A stretch of DNA of 63,969 bases from Cytophagales bacterium (GTDB lineage Bacteria > Bacteroidota > Bacteroidia > Cytophagales > UBA9547), in contig JACMRH010000063.1 of assembly GCA_014376535.1 (NCBI GenBank), forward strand, positions 1 through 63,969, in the 5' to 3' direction. Below the pieces are notes generated by a model. The model did not search any database and was not told the origin of the DNA. It saw only the letters and a program-made list of their open reading frames with translations. The position numbers were made by a program, and so were the translations under genes. Of this stretch, positions 49,904 through 57,860 are shown piece after piece (within the stretch, counting starts at the first letter, position 1; every line of letters starts with the position of its first letter).

Positions 49904-52219
49904 ATGAATAAATTTCTACTTTTTATTTTTCTTCCATTTTCGCTTTTTTCCCAGGAGTTTTCTGTCAATGAGACTAAAACCTTTAATAACCAGAGCGATT
50001 ATGTTAGGACTATAAAATTTTCACCATATGGGAATTATATAGTTATGAGCCTGGGTAACAATACTACAGAGCTTTATGACAAGAACTGGAACAAAATTTT
50101 TACTACTCAGGGCGAAGCCAAATCCTTAGGTAGTCAATGTCTGTTCTCTCCTGATGAAAGATTGCTAATTTTCTCTAAATACAAGAACCAATCTGATGTA
50201 GCTATTTACAGTATTGTTGAGAACCGGGTAATACAGACATTACAAGATGAAGGTCAATTTATTAATGCTATGGCATTGAGTCCTGACGGCCGATTTCTTG
50301 CTTATGGCAGCTATGAAACTTTCGAGATTTTCAGATGGGCTGATGGCAGGTTTAAGTTTGATAAAGAAATTAAACTCACAGATACGAAGGTCTATTCTTT
50401 GGCCTTTTCCAAAGATGGAAAAGAATTAGTTGCTGGCCTTTATAATAAAAATCCCATTCTTTTTAATCTTAAAAATGATAATTGGAGTCAGCCTCAAAAT
50501 ATAACTGCAACAAACCTTTATGCAGAAGAAGTATGCTTTAGCCCCGATGGGAAGCGACTGGCCATTTCACATACTTATTCAAGTAGTATTGATATCTATG
50601 CTAAAAAACATGAAAAGTATGAAATCATTCAAAGCATTCCATCTTTAGATTATACCGCTGAGGCACTTTCTTACAGTCCTGATGGTCAGATTTTGGCAGC
50701 AGGTTTCCCAAATGGATGGATTTTTATGTGGCAATTATCAAAAGCTGATACCCTTAAACTGATAAAAAAGGTATACAGGCACGATGGGCGCATATTTGAA
50801 ATAGACTTTAGTGCAGATGGAAAACTAATGGCTACTGCCGGAGGTGATAAAACAGGTGTTATTTGGTCATTAGAAGGAATAAAACCCAGTAACAAATTCA
50901 TTATCAGTAATATATTAGGTTCTGATATTACTTTGGCCCAAAGGAAAATTCTCACCAACGAAAATGCAAATGAGATTGTCGCTGGAATAGATCCATCACT
51001 TCTGACTCCTAAGGATGAGTTTGAAACCAATATGGATTTCCTGAAACGCAAAGAAAAACTCAAAGCGAGGCTGACTTATTTAATGCAGGAAAAAATTGAA
51101 GAGTTTTTTCAGATGAACAAAAATGGGAGCATTCTTGAAATAAATCTGGACAAAGCTGTAAGCTATGATGCTGATGGGCAGCAATATTTTATTTTGTTTA
51201 TGGACACCCCAGGCAAGATTAAATTAGGTCCCGCTGATGCCAAAAGCCTTAAAGAAAACTGGAGCAAAGCAAAAATTACCATTCAGAAAATCAGGGATAA
51301 AAGCGGCGAGAATGTTTATAAAAATTTTATTTTGATACATCCCATTTCTGGTAAAAAGTATGAAATAGAGATAAATGAAAATCCATTTGTTTCTGGCAGT
51401 GCCAATACAGAAAAAGCCCGGAGCAGCACAATTTCTTCAGAGAATGCCACTTTGGCTTTGGTTGATACTGCTGGAAATAAAGCAAAGCAATATGGTACGA
51501 GCTATGCACTTATTTTTGGAACAAACGATTATGAAAATTATCCTGATTTGGTTAACCCTTTGTATGACGCCAAGGCTGTAGCAGACGAACTTTCGAGAAA
51601 TTATGGATTTCAGACTGACCTAGTTGAAAATGCAACACTGGATGGCATCCTGAAAAAGTTGAAAAGATATGCTCAGTTATCGTATGATAAAAATGATAAA
51701 CTATTGATATTTTTCGCTGGTCACGGAAAATACGATGAGATCTTTCGAGAAGGTTACCTGGTAGCCAAAGAGTCAAAACTTCAGGACGACGCAAGGACAA
51801 CTTTTTTGTCTCACTCAAACTTGAGGACTATTGTAAATAATATCGATTGTGAACATATTTTTTTAGTAATGGATGTTTGTTTTGGTGGTACTTTTGATCC
51901 ATACCTGACTTCCCATCGTGGAACCGAAGAGGTTTACGAAGAAGTTGCTAAAACTGAGTTTATTGAAAGGAAAATGAAACATAAAACACGTCTTTACCTA
52001 ACAAGTGGAGGTAAAGAATACGTTCCAGATGGAAGGCCAGGTGAACATTCACCATTTGCACGAAAATTCCTTGAAGCCTTAAGAAGTTATGGCGGAAAAG
52101 ATGGAATATTAACAGTGAGTGAGGTAATCAATTATGTGGAAAAAGTAGTTCCTCAACCCAGGACCGGCGAATTTGGAAACAATGAGCCAGGAAGTGACTT
52201 TGTTTTTATAGCCAAATAG
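49904..52219 (+). CDS. Signal-peptide WD40 beta-propeller / unknown middle domain / caspase-like (peptidase C14) fusion protein
   Basis: Signal peptide MNKFLLFIFLPFSLFSQ. Seven blade signatures: FSPYGNYIV, FSPDERLLIF, LSPDGRFLAYGS, FSKDGKELVAG, FSPDGKRLAIS, YSPDGQILAAG, FSADGKLMATAGGDKTGVIWSL. Caspase block YALIFGTNDY...LLIFFAGHG (His codon 51722-51724) ...IFLVMDVCFGG (Cys codon 51878-51880). Confidence 0.85.
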   Translation: MNKFLLFIFLPFSLFSQEFSVNETKTFNNQSDYVRTIKFSPYGNYIVMSLGNNTTELYDKNWNKIFTTQGEAKSLGSQCLFSPDERLLIFSKYKNQSDVAIYSIVENRVIQTLQDEGQFINAMALSPDGRFLAYGSYETFEIFRWADGRFKFDKEIKLTDTKVYSLAFSKDGKELVAGLYNKNPILFNLKNDNWSQPQNITATNLYAEEVCFSPDGKRLAISHTYSSSIDIYAKKHEKYEIIQSIPSLDYTAEALSYSPDGQILAAGFPNGWIFMWQLSKADTLKLIKKVYRHDGRIFEIDFSADGKLMATAGGDKTGVIWSLEGIKPSNKFIISNILGSDITLAQRKILTNENANEIVAGIDPSLLTPKDEFETNMDFLKRKEKLKARLTYLMQEKIEEFFQMNKNGSILEINLDKAVSYDADGQQYFILFMDTPGKIKLGPADAKSLKENWSKAKITIQKIRDKSGENVYKNFILIHPISGKKYEIEINENPFVSGSANTEKARSSTISSENATLALVDTAGNKAKQYGTSYALIFGTNDYENYPDLVNPLYDAKAVADELSRNYGFQTDLVENATLDGILKKLKRYAQLSYDKNDKLLIFFAGHGKYDEIFREGYLVAKESKLQDDARTTFLSHSNLRTIVNNIDCEHIFLVMDVCFGGTFDPYLTSHRGTEEVYEEVAKTEFIERKMKHKTRLYLTSGGKEYVPDGRPGEHSPFARKFLEALRSYGGKDGILTVSEVINYVEKVVPQPRTGEFGNNEPGSDFVFIAK

Positions 52220-52238
52220 AAATTAGAAATATATTATC

Positions 52239-52670
52239 ATGAACAATCAAAAACAAGCACCACGTTATTACGTTCCTCATCATTTGATTTTTTATCCGGT
52301 TATGGGAGTATTAGTTTTTGCCTGCATGAGACAGGCATTTATGGGTTATGAAAATCAATATATATGGTTTGTGATTGGGATATGTTTTTTCTCTGTTATT
52401 GCATTGGCTTTTATGCTCAGGCAGCATTATGCTTTAGGTAATCAGGACAGAATTGTCAGATTAGAAATGCGCTATCGTTATTTTGCTACTACCGGTAGCC
52501 GATTTGAACCTTTAGAAAAACAATTAACATTCAAGCAGATAGCTGCTTTAAGATTTGCTTCAGATGAGGAAATGTCAGATTTAATAGAAAAAACTGTATC
52601 AGAAAAATTGACTCCTTCTTTAATAAAGGAGAAAATAACAAACTGGGTGACGGATGATATGAGATTATAA
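52239..52670 (+). CDS. Small two-TM membrane protein (DUF6526-like), 19 nt downstream of the caspase gene
   Basis: Two hydrophobic helices (LIFYPVMGVLVFACM, IWFVIGICFFSVIALAFML) followed by a soluble ~75-aa tail. The family name is from memory only. Confidence 0.55.
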   Translation: MNNQKQAPRYYVPHHLIFYPVMGVLVFACMRQAFMGYENQYIWFVIGICFFSVIALAFMLRQHYALGNQDRIVRLEMRYRYFATTGSRFEPLEKQLTFKQIAALRFASDEEMSDLIEKTVSEKLTPSLIKEKITNWVTDDMRL

Positions 52671-52674
52671 TTTA

Positions 52675-52710
52675 AAAAGGTCCCTCCGGATTATCCGGAG
52701 GCACCTTTTT
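52675..52710. terminator. Bidirectional intrinsic terminator
   Basis: AAAAAGGTCCCTCCGGA-TTA-TCCGGAGGCACCTTTTT between convergent genes. Confidence 0.7.
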
Positions 52711-52711
52711 A

Positions 52712-54205
52712 TTAGTCCATCCTGATTTGTTTTTGTACCCAAACAGCCACTTTACCTCCCTTAACGAGAAATTCAGCCCACCCATTTTCATCAATTGTGA
52801 TTTCTTCTGGGCTTCCTTTTAAGAAATCTACAAAAGTTTTACCAGCAAATCTTTTGCCTATCTCCATGTGTTTGTTACCATCATCACCATTTGAAAGGAT
52901 TACTGCACAACCCGTTCTTTCATCTTCATTTCCTTCTCTGGTCCATCCAATACAGTTTTTATGATCTATATAATCTCTTTGTGCACCATAAGCAAAATTC
53001 TTTCTAAGTAGCAATAATGCTTCCAATTCTTCACACTTTGGTAGAATGATTTCATAATCATTTCCATCTTTACCCTTATCTGTATAAGATGTTCCATAAA
53101 GGTCTGGATAGAAAATACATGGATAACCTTTTTCACGTAAAAGTATTAAAGCATAACCCAATGGCTTGAACCATGGGTTTACAGGAGCTTCAAGTGCCTG
53201 TAAAGGTTGCGTATCATGATTATCGATGATGGTTACAGAGAAAGTGGGTGCAGCATCTACTAAACTGCCATCAAAAATATGAGACATATCATAATCACGC
53301 CCTTGGTTAGAGGCATCATATAAATTGTGGTGCAAGGATGCATCGAACAATGTCATTCTTCCCTGAGTAGCATCTAAATATTTTTGTAATAAAGGCAAAT
53401 CTCCTGGGGCCCAATATTCACCAACTATAAAAAGATCTGGTTTAAGACTTCTCATATAATCAACCCATTCATTGATAAACCTGGGAGACATATGTTTTAT
53501 AGCATCCAGGCGCATTCCATTAAAGTTGGTTGTTTCCAAATACCACTTGCCCCATCTTTTTAGTTCCTCTCTAACAAATTCATTTCTGTATTCAATATCT
53601 GCACACATCAGATAATCGAAATTGCCTTTTTCGTCATCTATTACCTCATCCCAACCTTCACCATATTCATTCTGAATTTTATATATCGCAGTTTCTTTAG
53701 AAGCATTATCATAATCAACTCCAGTAAAGCAGCGGGCATCCCAGATAAAATTTGAATATTGTCCTTTTCTTCCAGGAAAAGTAAATTTGGTAAAAGCTTC
53801 TATTTCAAAGGCATCACTTACAATTTCATTTCTATGTTCAGGATCAACTTTTTTAACCCAGATTTTTTCCGTTTCATCTGCACCACCCATGTGGTTTAAC
53901 ACTATATCTGCAATGGCAGTTATTCCATTATCCTGAAGGGCTTTTATACAATCTATATACTCTTGTTTTGTACCATAACGGGTACGAACTGTACCTTTCT
54001 GATCAAATTCGCCAAGGTCGTAAATATCATATACATCATAACCTCTTGAGTTTGTACCGTCTGAACCCTTATAGGCTGGTGGTAACCAGGCTGCAGTAAC
54101 TCCGAGCTCAGCAAGTTTGGGTGCTTCCTGTGAAAGATAACTCCAAAGTGTTCCGTTGTCTCGGGAATACCAGTGAAAAAATTGAATCATTATCCCGTTT
54201 TGCAT
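52712..54205 (-). CDS. GH13 alpha-amylase (cytoplasmic, Bacillus licheniformis/AmyA-like subfamily)
   Basis: IMIQFFHWY, WLPPAYKG, DIVLNHMGG, GMRLDAIKH, GEYW and IIDNHDTQP. No signal peptide. Confidence 0.9.
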   Translation of the reverse strand: MQNGIMIQFFHWYSRDNGTLWSYLSQEAPKLAELGVTAAWLPPAYKGSDGTNSRGYDVYDIYDLGEFDQKGTVRTRYGTKQEYIDCIKALQDNGITAIADIVLNHMGGADETEKIWVKKVDPEHRNEIVSDAFEIEAFTKFTFPGRKGQYSNFIWDARCFTGVDYDNASKETAIYKIQNEYGEGWDEVIDDEKGNFDYLMCADIEYRNEFVREELKRWGKWYLETTNFNGMRLDAIKHMSPRFINEWVDYMRSLKPDLFIVGEYWAPGDLPLLQKYLDATQGRMTLFDASLHHNLYDASNQGRDYDMSHIFDGSLVDAAPTFSVTIIDNHDTQPLQALEAPVNPWFKPLGYALILLREKGYPCIFYPDLYGTSYTDKGKDGNDYEIILPKCEELEALLLLRKNFAYGAQRDYIDHKNCIGWTREGNEDERTGCAVILSNGDDGNKHMEIGKRFAGKTFVDFLKGSPEEITIDENGWAEFLVKGGKVAVWVQKQIRMD

Positions 54206-54351
54206 AAAAGTTTAGTTTAAAGATGAGGCAATTGAGCAAAACTTGTTAAAAATCTGTACCATGATTTAGGATTTATCGGTGATAAAAAATTAATCTCGTG
54301 TTTTAAAACATTTTTGAAATTTGTTGGTTTTGATGTGATTTCATATAAAAA

Positions 54352-54380
54352 GAAAAAAGCCAGACATCTGGCTTTTTATT
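54352..54380 (-). terminator. Rho-independent terminator of the SGNH hydrolase gene
   Basis: On the minus strand, AGCCAGA-TGT-TCTGGCT followed by TTTTTTCTTTTT. Confidence 0.7.
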
Positions 54381-54402
54381 AAAATTTCAGGATGATTTTT
54401 TT

Positions 54403-55131
54403 TTACTTGGTAATAATCTGTTTTATATCGTTTAACATCAGCTCTACCCATTTTTTATACTGGATTCCGGAAGGATGCAGACCATCATTTGCAACAAGTT
54501 CAGGTTGTTTTAATCCGCCTCTCGATATTGGCGTAATATTGAAATATTTGATTCCCATAGAATCTGTTATATTCTTATTAGCTGCATTAAATGAATCAAT
54601 CTCCTTGCTGATTTCTACCTGGTTCGATTCGCTGGAAGGAGTGTAACCATAATCTGGTATGGAGATAACAAAGACTTTTGACTTATTATCTTTTGCAAAT
54701 TTCACGGCAGTTTCTAGAAGTTCTTTAAATTGTACTTTATACTCAGATAAACTTCTTCCCTGGTATTGATTATTAACCCCGATCAATAGCGAAACGATGT
54801 CATATTTATTGTTATCAATATTGGCATTTGAAATTGCAGTTTTCAAATTTTGGGTTGTCCAACCGGTTCGTGCAATTATAGTGTCTGTAACTGTTATGTT
54901 TTCTTTCTTTAGTTCTGAAACAATCAAATTTGGATATCTGTCACTGACCGACACACTTTCTCCAATAGTGTAAGAATCACCTAAAGCCAAATATGTATAT
55001 GTCTTATTTTTATCTGTGATTTGTGAAGTCGGATTAGAGGGCATTGGTGGGTTTTGAGGTTTCACCGTTCGTTTCTGACAGCTAGCAGAAAAAAACAAAA
55101 CAAATAAAGGGATAACCAGGCCGTTTTTCAT
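54403..55131 (-). CDS. SGNH/GDSL family hydrolase lipoprotein
   Basis: Lipobox-like FFSASCQ, block I ALGDSYTIGES, block III GVNNQY, and block V NDGLHPS. Confidence 0.85.
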   Translation of the reverse strand: MKNGLVIPLFVLFFSASCQKRTVKPQNPPMPSNPTSQITDKNKTYTYLALGDSYTIGESVSVSDRYPNLIVSELKKENITVTDTIIARTGWTTQNLKTAISNANIDNNKYDIVSLLIGVNNQYQGRSLSEYKVQFKELLETAVKFAKDNKSKVFVISIPDYGYTPSSESNQVEISKEIDSFNAANKNITDSMGIKYFNITPISRGGLKQPELVANDGLHPSGIQYKKWVELMLNDIKQIITK

Positions 55132-55175
55132 AAGAGCTTTGTCTTATAAATACGTTTTATCCAGGAGTAATGGAT

Positions 55176-55424
55176 TCATTGAATACGAAGTTTAGATGTT
55201 TTTTTTTTAGGTTTTAATTTTTTATTACGAATCTGATTATATAAAATATCATCCTCCCTTAATTTTTCTTTAACAGCCAGGAAAAGAATAAATAAAAAAA
55301 TACTTATTAATAATAATAGAATAATATTTTTTGATATGTTAGTAAGAACAAGTACAACTAAAATTATGACCCAGACACAGGACAGTCTGTAAATCAAGTA
55401 TTTGTAATTATTCTTTATTGTCAT
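55176..55424 (-). CDS. Small two-TM membrane protein with Lys-rich tail (hypothetical)
   Basis: 82-aa ORF with two clear hydrophobic helices. No family recognised. Confidence 0.35.
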   Translation of the reverse strand: MTIKNNYKYLIYRLSCVWVIILVVLVLTNISKNIILLLLISIFLFILFLAVKEKLREDDILYNQIRNKKLKPKKKTSKLRIQ

Positions 55425-55503
55425 ATTATTAAATTGTTAATATTTTCACAACATTTCTAAGATTAACTTTCAATAATATAATTCAACCTCAACTTCATTT
55501 TAA

Positions 55504-56760
55504 TTAGAACAAGTTTAAAAAATCTGTCAATAAAGCAAAAACCTCTCTAAACTTGCTGAAAGTAACAACGTTTGCCTTGTCATCAATATCGTGATAGGCG
55601 GAGATTTCGCCTAAAGTGTAGATAAAGAATGCAGGCACACCTTTTTCAGAAAAGGGAAAGTGATCTGAATTAGATGCTTTTCCTCTTGCTACTATTTTAG
55701 GGATCCTATTTGTTTTTTTATTTAAACTGTCGAGCATTGAAAATTGTTGTGGCAACACTGCTCCGTTTACAACCGTAATGCCCTCTTTTCCAGAACCTAA
55801 AAGGTCCAGGTTAATCAGAAACTTTATTTTGCTTAAAGGAAATAAAGGGTTATTTACATAAAACTGACTTCCTATCAATCCTGCTTCTTCTCCTGCAAAA
55901 CCAATGAACATCATGGAATAAGGTAGTTTTTGAGAACTATCAGCATAATATTTGGCAAGTTCCAGCATCATGGCAATTCCGCTCGCGTTATCATTTGCTC
56001 CTGGGAAGTAAGTATTTTTTCCTAATTGACCTAAATGATCATAATGAGCGGTAATGACTAAAAAGCTGTCTTTTTTAGAGGTGCCTTCAAAAAAACCAAT
56101 AACATTTTTTGCATTGTGTATTGGAACAAAAGTGTTCGCAATATTAAGTTTGATTGTTCTGCTCTTTGAAGGAAGACTATTTGTAAGAATTTGAACTGTG
56201 CATTGAGGATCTACTTCGCTCGATACAGAATAAGTGAGTTTTTTGGGGACTACTTCTACAATCACAGGGAATTGTGTAAGAAGGTTTCGTATAGCTGGTT
56301 CAAGCTTCTTCAATTGTTTTTTATAGTCGGTATTATAAATCAAGGCTTTGTTTTTACCAGAGCCTAAAAGTTTTGCCTGATTAAACCCAGGTGTAAAAAA
56401 CAAACTGTCAATCTTTATCACCTTAAATTTTCCTTTCACACCCTTGCTTCCTGGAGACAAAATATAATCCTTACCAGTTACAAGCTTTTTCTTTCCGATT
56501 CGAACTTCCATAGCTCCTGGAAAAGTATTAACGGGAAAACTAAAAGGCTGAAAATAAGAATCCTTAAAAGGAAGAAGCCCACAAAGTTTAAATTCTTTTT
56601 CGACAAACTCAGCAGCCAAACTATCCCCACCATTCACATAACCACGACCGTGATAAAAAGGAGAAGATAAGGTTTGGACTATCTTCCGCGCTCGCTCAAC
56701 ATCCTGAGCAAAAGAATATTGAAAAAGGAAAACTGAGACAACTAAAAACCTAAAAAGCAT
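55504..56760 (-). CDS. M28 family metallopeptidase (aminopeptidase)
   Basis: ITAHYDHLG, GANDNASGIAMMLELAKY, FIGFAGEEAGLIGSQ and SDHFPF. I prefer the ATG at 56760, which gives the signal peptide MLFRFLVVSVFLFQYSFAQ, over 56844. Confidence 0.88.
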   Translation of the reverse strand: MLFRFLVVSVFLFQYSFAQDVERARKIVQTLSSPFYHGRGYVNGGDSLAAEFVEKEFKLCGLLPFKDSYFQPFSFPVNTFPGAMEVRIGKKKLVTGKDYILSPGSKGVKGKFKVIKIDSLFFTPGFNQAKLLGSGKNKALIYNTDYKKQLKKLEPAIRNLLTQFPVIVEVVPKKLTYSVSSEVDPQCTVQILTNSLPSKSRTIKLNIANTFVPIHNAKNVIGFFEGTSKKDSFLVITAHYDHLGQLGKNTYFPGANDNASGIAMMLELAKYYADSSQKLPYSMMFIGFAGEEAGLIGSQFYVNNPLFPLSKIKFLINLDLLGSGKEGITVVNGAVLPQQFSMLDSLNKKTNRIPKIVARGKASNSDHFPFSEKGVPAFFIYTLGEISAYHDIDDKANVVTFSKFREVFALLTDFLNLF

Positions 56761-56804
56761 AAATCTTAAATCAAGGAGAAAACTTGCAAAACAACTCTCA
56801 CTTC

Positions 56805-56869
56805 TGTCAACCGTCAACTGTATACTGTCAACTAAAACTCGCAACTAAAAACTCGCAACCCACAACTAC
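56805..56869 (+). repeat. Heptamer-phased low-complexity array GTCAACC GTCAACT GTATACT GTCAACT followed by 2 x 14-mer (AAAACTCGCAACTA / AAAACTCGCAACCC)
   Basis: Read directly from the sequence. It lies between the EamA stop and the M28 start and contains CTGTCAACCGT, the reverse complement of ACGGTTGACAG. Confidence 0.85.
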
Positions 56870-57747
56870 TTCCGATAACTAATCCACAAAACACCACTTA
56901 AAACAAAGCAGGTACCTATAAATTCAATTAGGGTAAAAGGCTCATTTAAAAACCAATAACCTAAAAAGATAGTGATTACTGGCCCAACGCTGGCAACAAT
57001 TGAAGCCTTGCCGGCACCTATTAAATTAATCCCTTCTGCCACTAAAAACGTAGGAATCACAGTAGATATTATGGCAATTGAGAAGCCAAACCAATAAAAC
57101 TGAGCTGGCAACTCTAATAAGTTGGTTGGTTGGACTATAGCGAAGTGAATAATCACCACTACACAGGAAACCATCATGGAATAGGCATTAAATAAAACTG
57201 AACCTAATTTAGGTATCAAACTTCCGCTTCCAACCAGGTAAGCTGCATAGGTAAAAGAACTAACAAAAATATACATGGCTCCTAAAACCATATTTTTTTG
57301 AGAATGAATATTTGTATCTGAAAAAATCACAAAAACTCCAAAATAGGTGAGGAGCAAGGCAAAAACAATGTTTTTGGTTATTGGTTTCTTTAAAAAAGCT
57401 GCTGATAATAGTACCACAATAGTTGGATAAACAAAAAGGATCAATCTTTCCAATCCAGCCGTTATATATTGCAATCCCCAGAAGTCAAAAATACTGGCAA
57501 CATAATATCCTAAAATCCCAAGAAGGATTATTTTAATCCAATCAGTTTTATTTACACGCTGCTCGTGGTTTTTCCTTTTGTAAATAAAAGGTACAGCCAA
57601 AAAGAAAGGCAAGGAAAAACCCATTCGTAAAGTTAAAAGTGTAACAGGATCTATAGAAACACCATAAGCGAGTTTAATGATTATGGCTTTTATAGAAAAG
57701 CAAACAGCACCAAGTAATACAAGAATAATCCCCTTTAAATCTTTCAA
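56866..57747 (-). CDS. DMT superfamily (EamA-like) transporter
   Basis: Ten hydrophobic helices in a two EamA-repeat layout. Confidence 0.8.
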   Translation of the reverse strand: MKDLKGIILVLLGAVCFSIKAIIIKLAYGVSIDPVTLLTLRMGFSLPFFLAVPFIYKRKNHEQRVNKTDWIKIILLGILGYYVASIFDFWGLQYITAGLERLILFVYPTIVVLLSAAFLKKPITKNIVFALLLTYFGVFVIFSDTNIHSQKNMVLGAMYIFVSSFTYAAYLVGSGSLIPKLGSVLFNAYSMMVSCVVVIIHFAIVQPTNLLELPAQFYWFGFSIAIISTVIPTFLVAEGINLIGAGKASIVASVGPVITIFLGYWFLNEPFTLIEFIGTCFVLSGVLWISYRK

Positions 57748-57781
57748 AATAAAATCAAAATCAAATAAAGCACTTTAACCC

Positions 57782-57815
57782 AAAGAAAAAAAGGAACTGA
57801 AAAACTCAGTTCCTT
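57782..57815 (-). terminator. Rho-independent terminator of the large transglutaminase gene
   Basis: On the minus strand, AAGGAACTGA-GTTTT-TCAGTTCCTT followed by TTTTTTTCTTT. Confidence 0.75.
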
Positions 57816-57832
57816 TCCGGTAATGCAGTGGT

Positions 57833-57858
57833 CTTGATACTTGATACTCAATACTTGG
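57833..57858 (-). repeat. Tandem heptamers GTATTGA GTATCAA GTATCAA (minus strand), the same unit as 26725-26752
   Basis: The plus strand reads CTTGATA CTTGATA CTCAATA CTTGG, between the stop codon at 57861 and the terminator hairpin. Confidence 0.85.
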
Positions 57859-57860
57859 TT

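Noticed and set aside
52239-52670. Is the gene downstream of the caspase a bacterial gasdermin?
   Set aside because: It is only 143 aa with two N-terminal TM helices. Bacterial gasdermins are about 240-270 aa soluble proteins with a C-terminal inhibitory peptide. No other gasdermin-sized ORF flanks the caspase gene.
54392-54646. 84-aa plus-strand ORF
   Set aside because: It is antisense to the 3' part of the SGNH hydrolase gene and begins inside that gene's terminator region.
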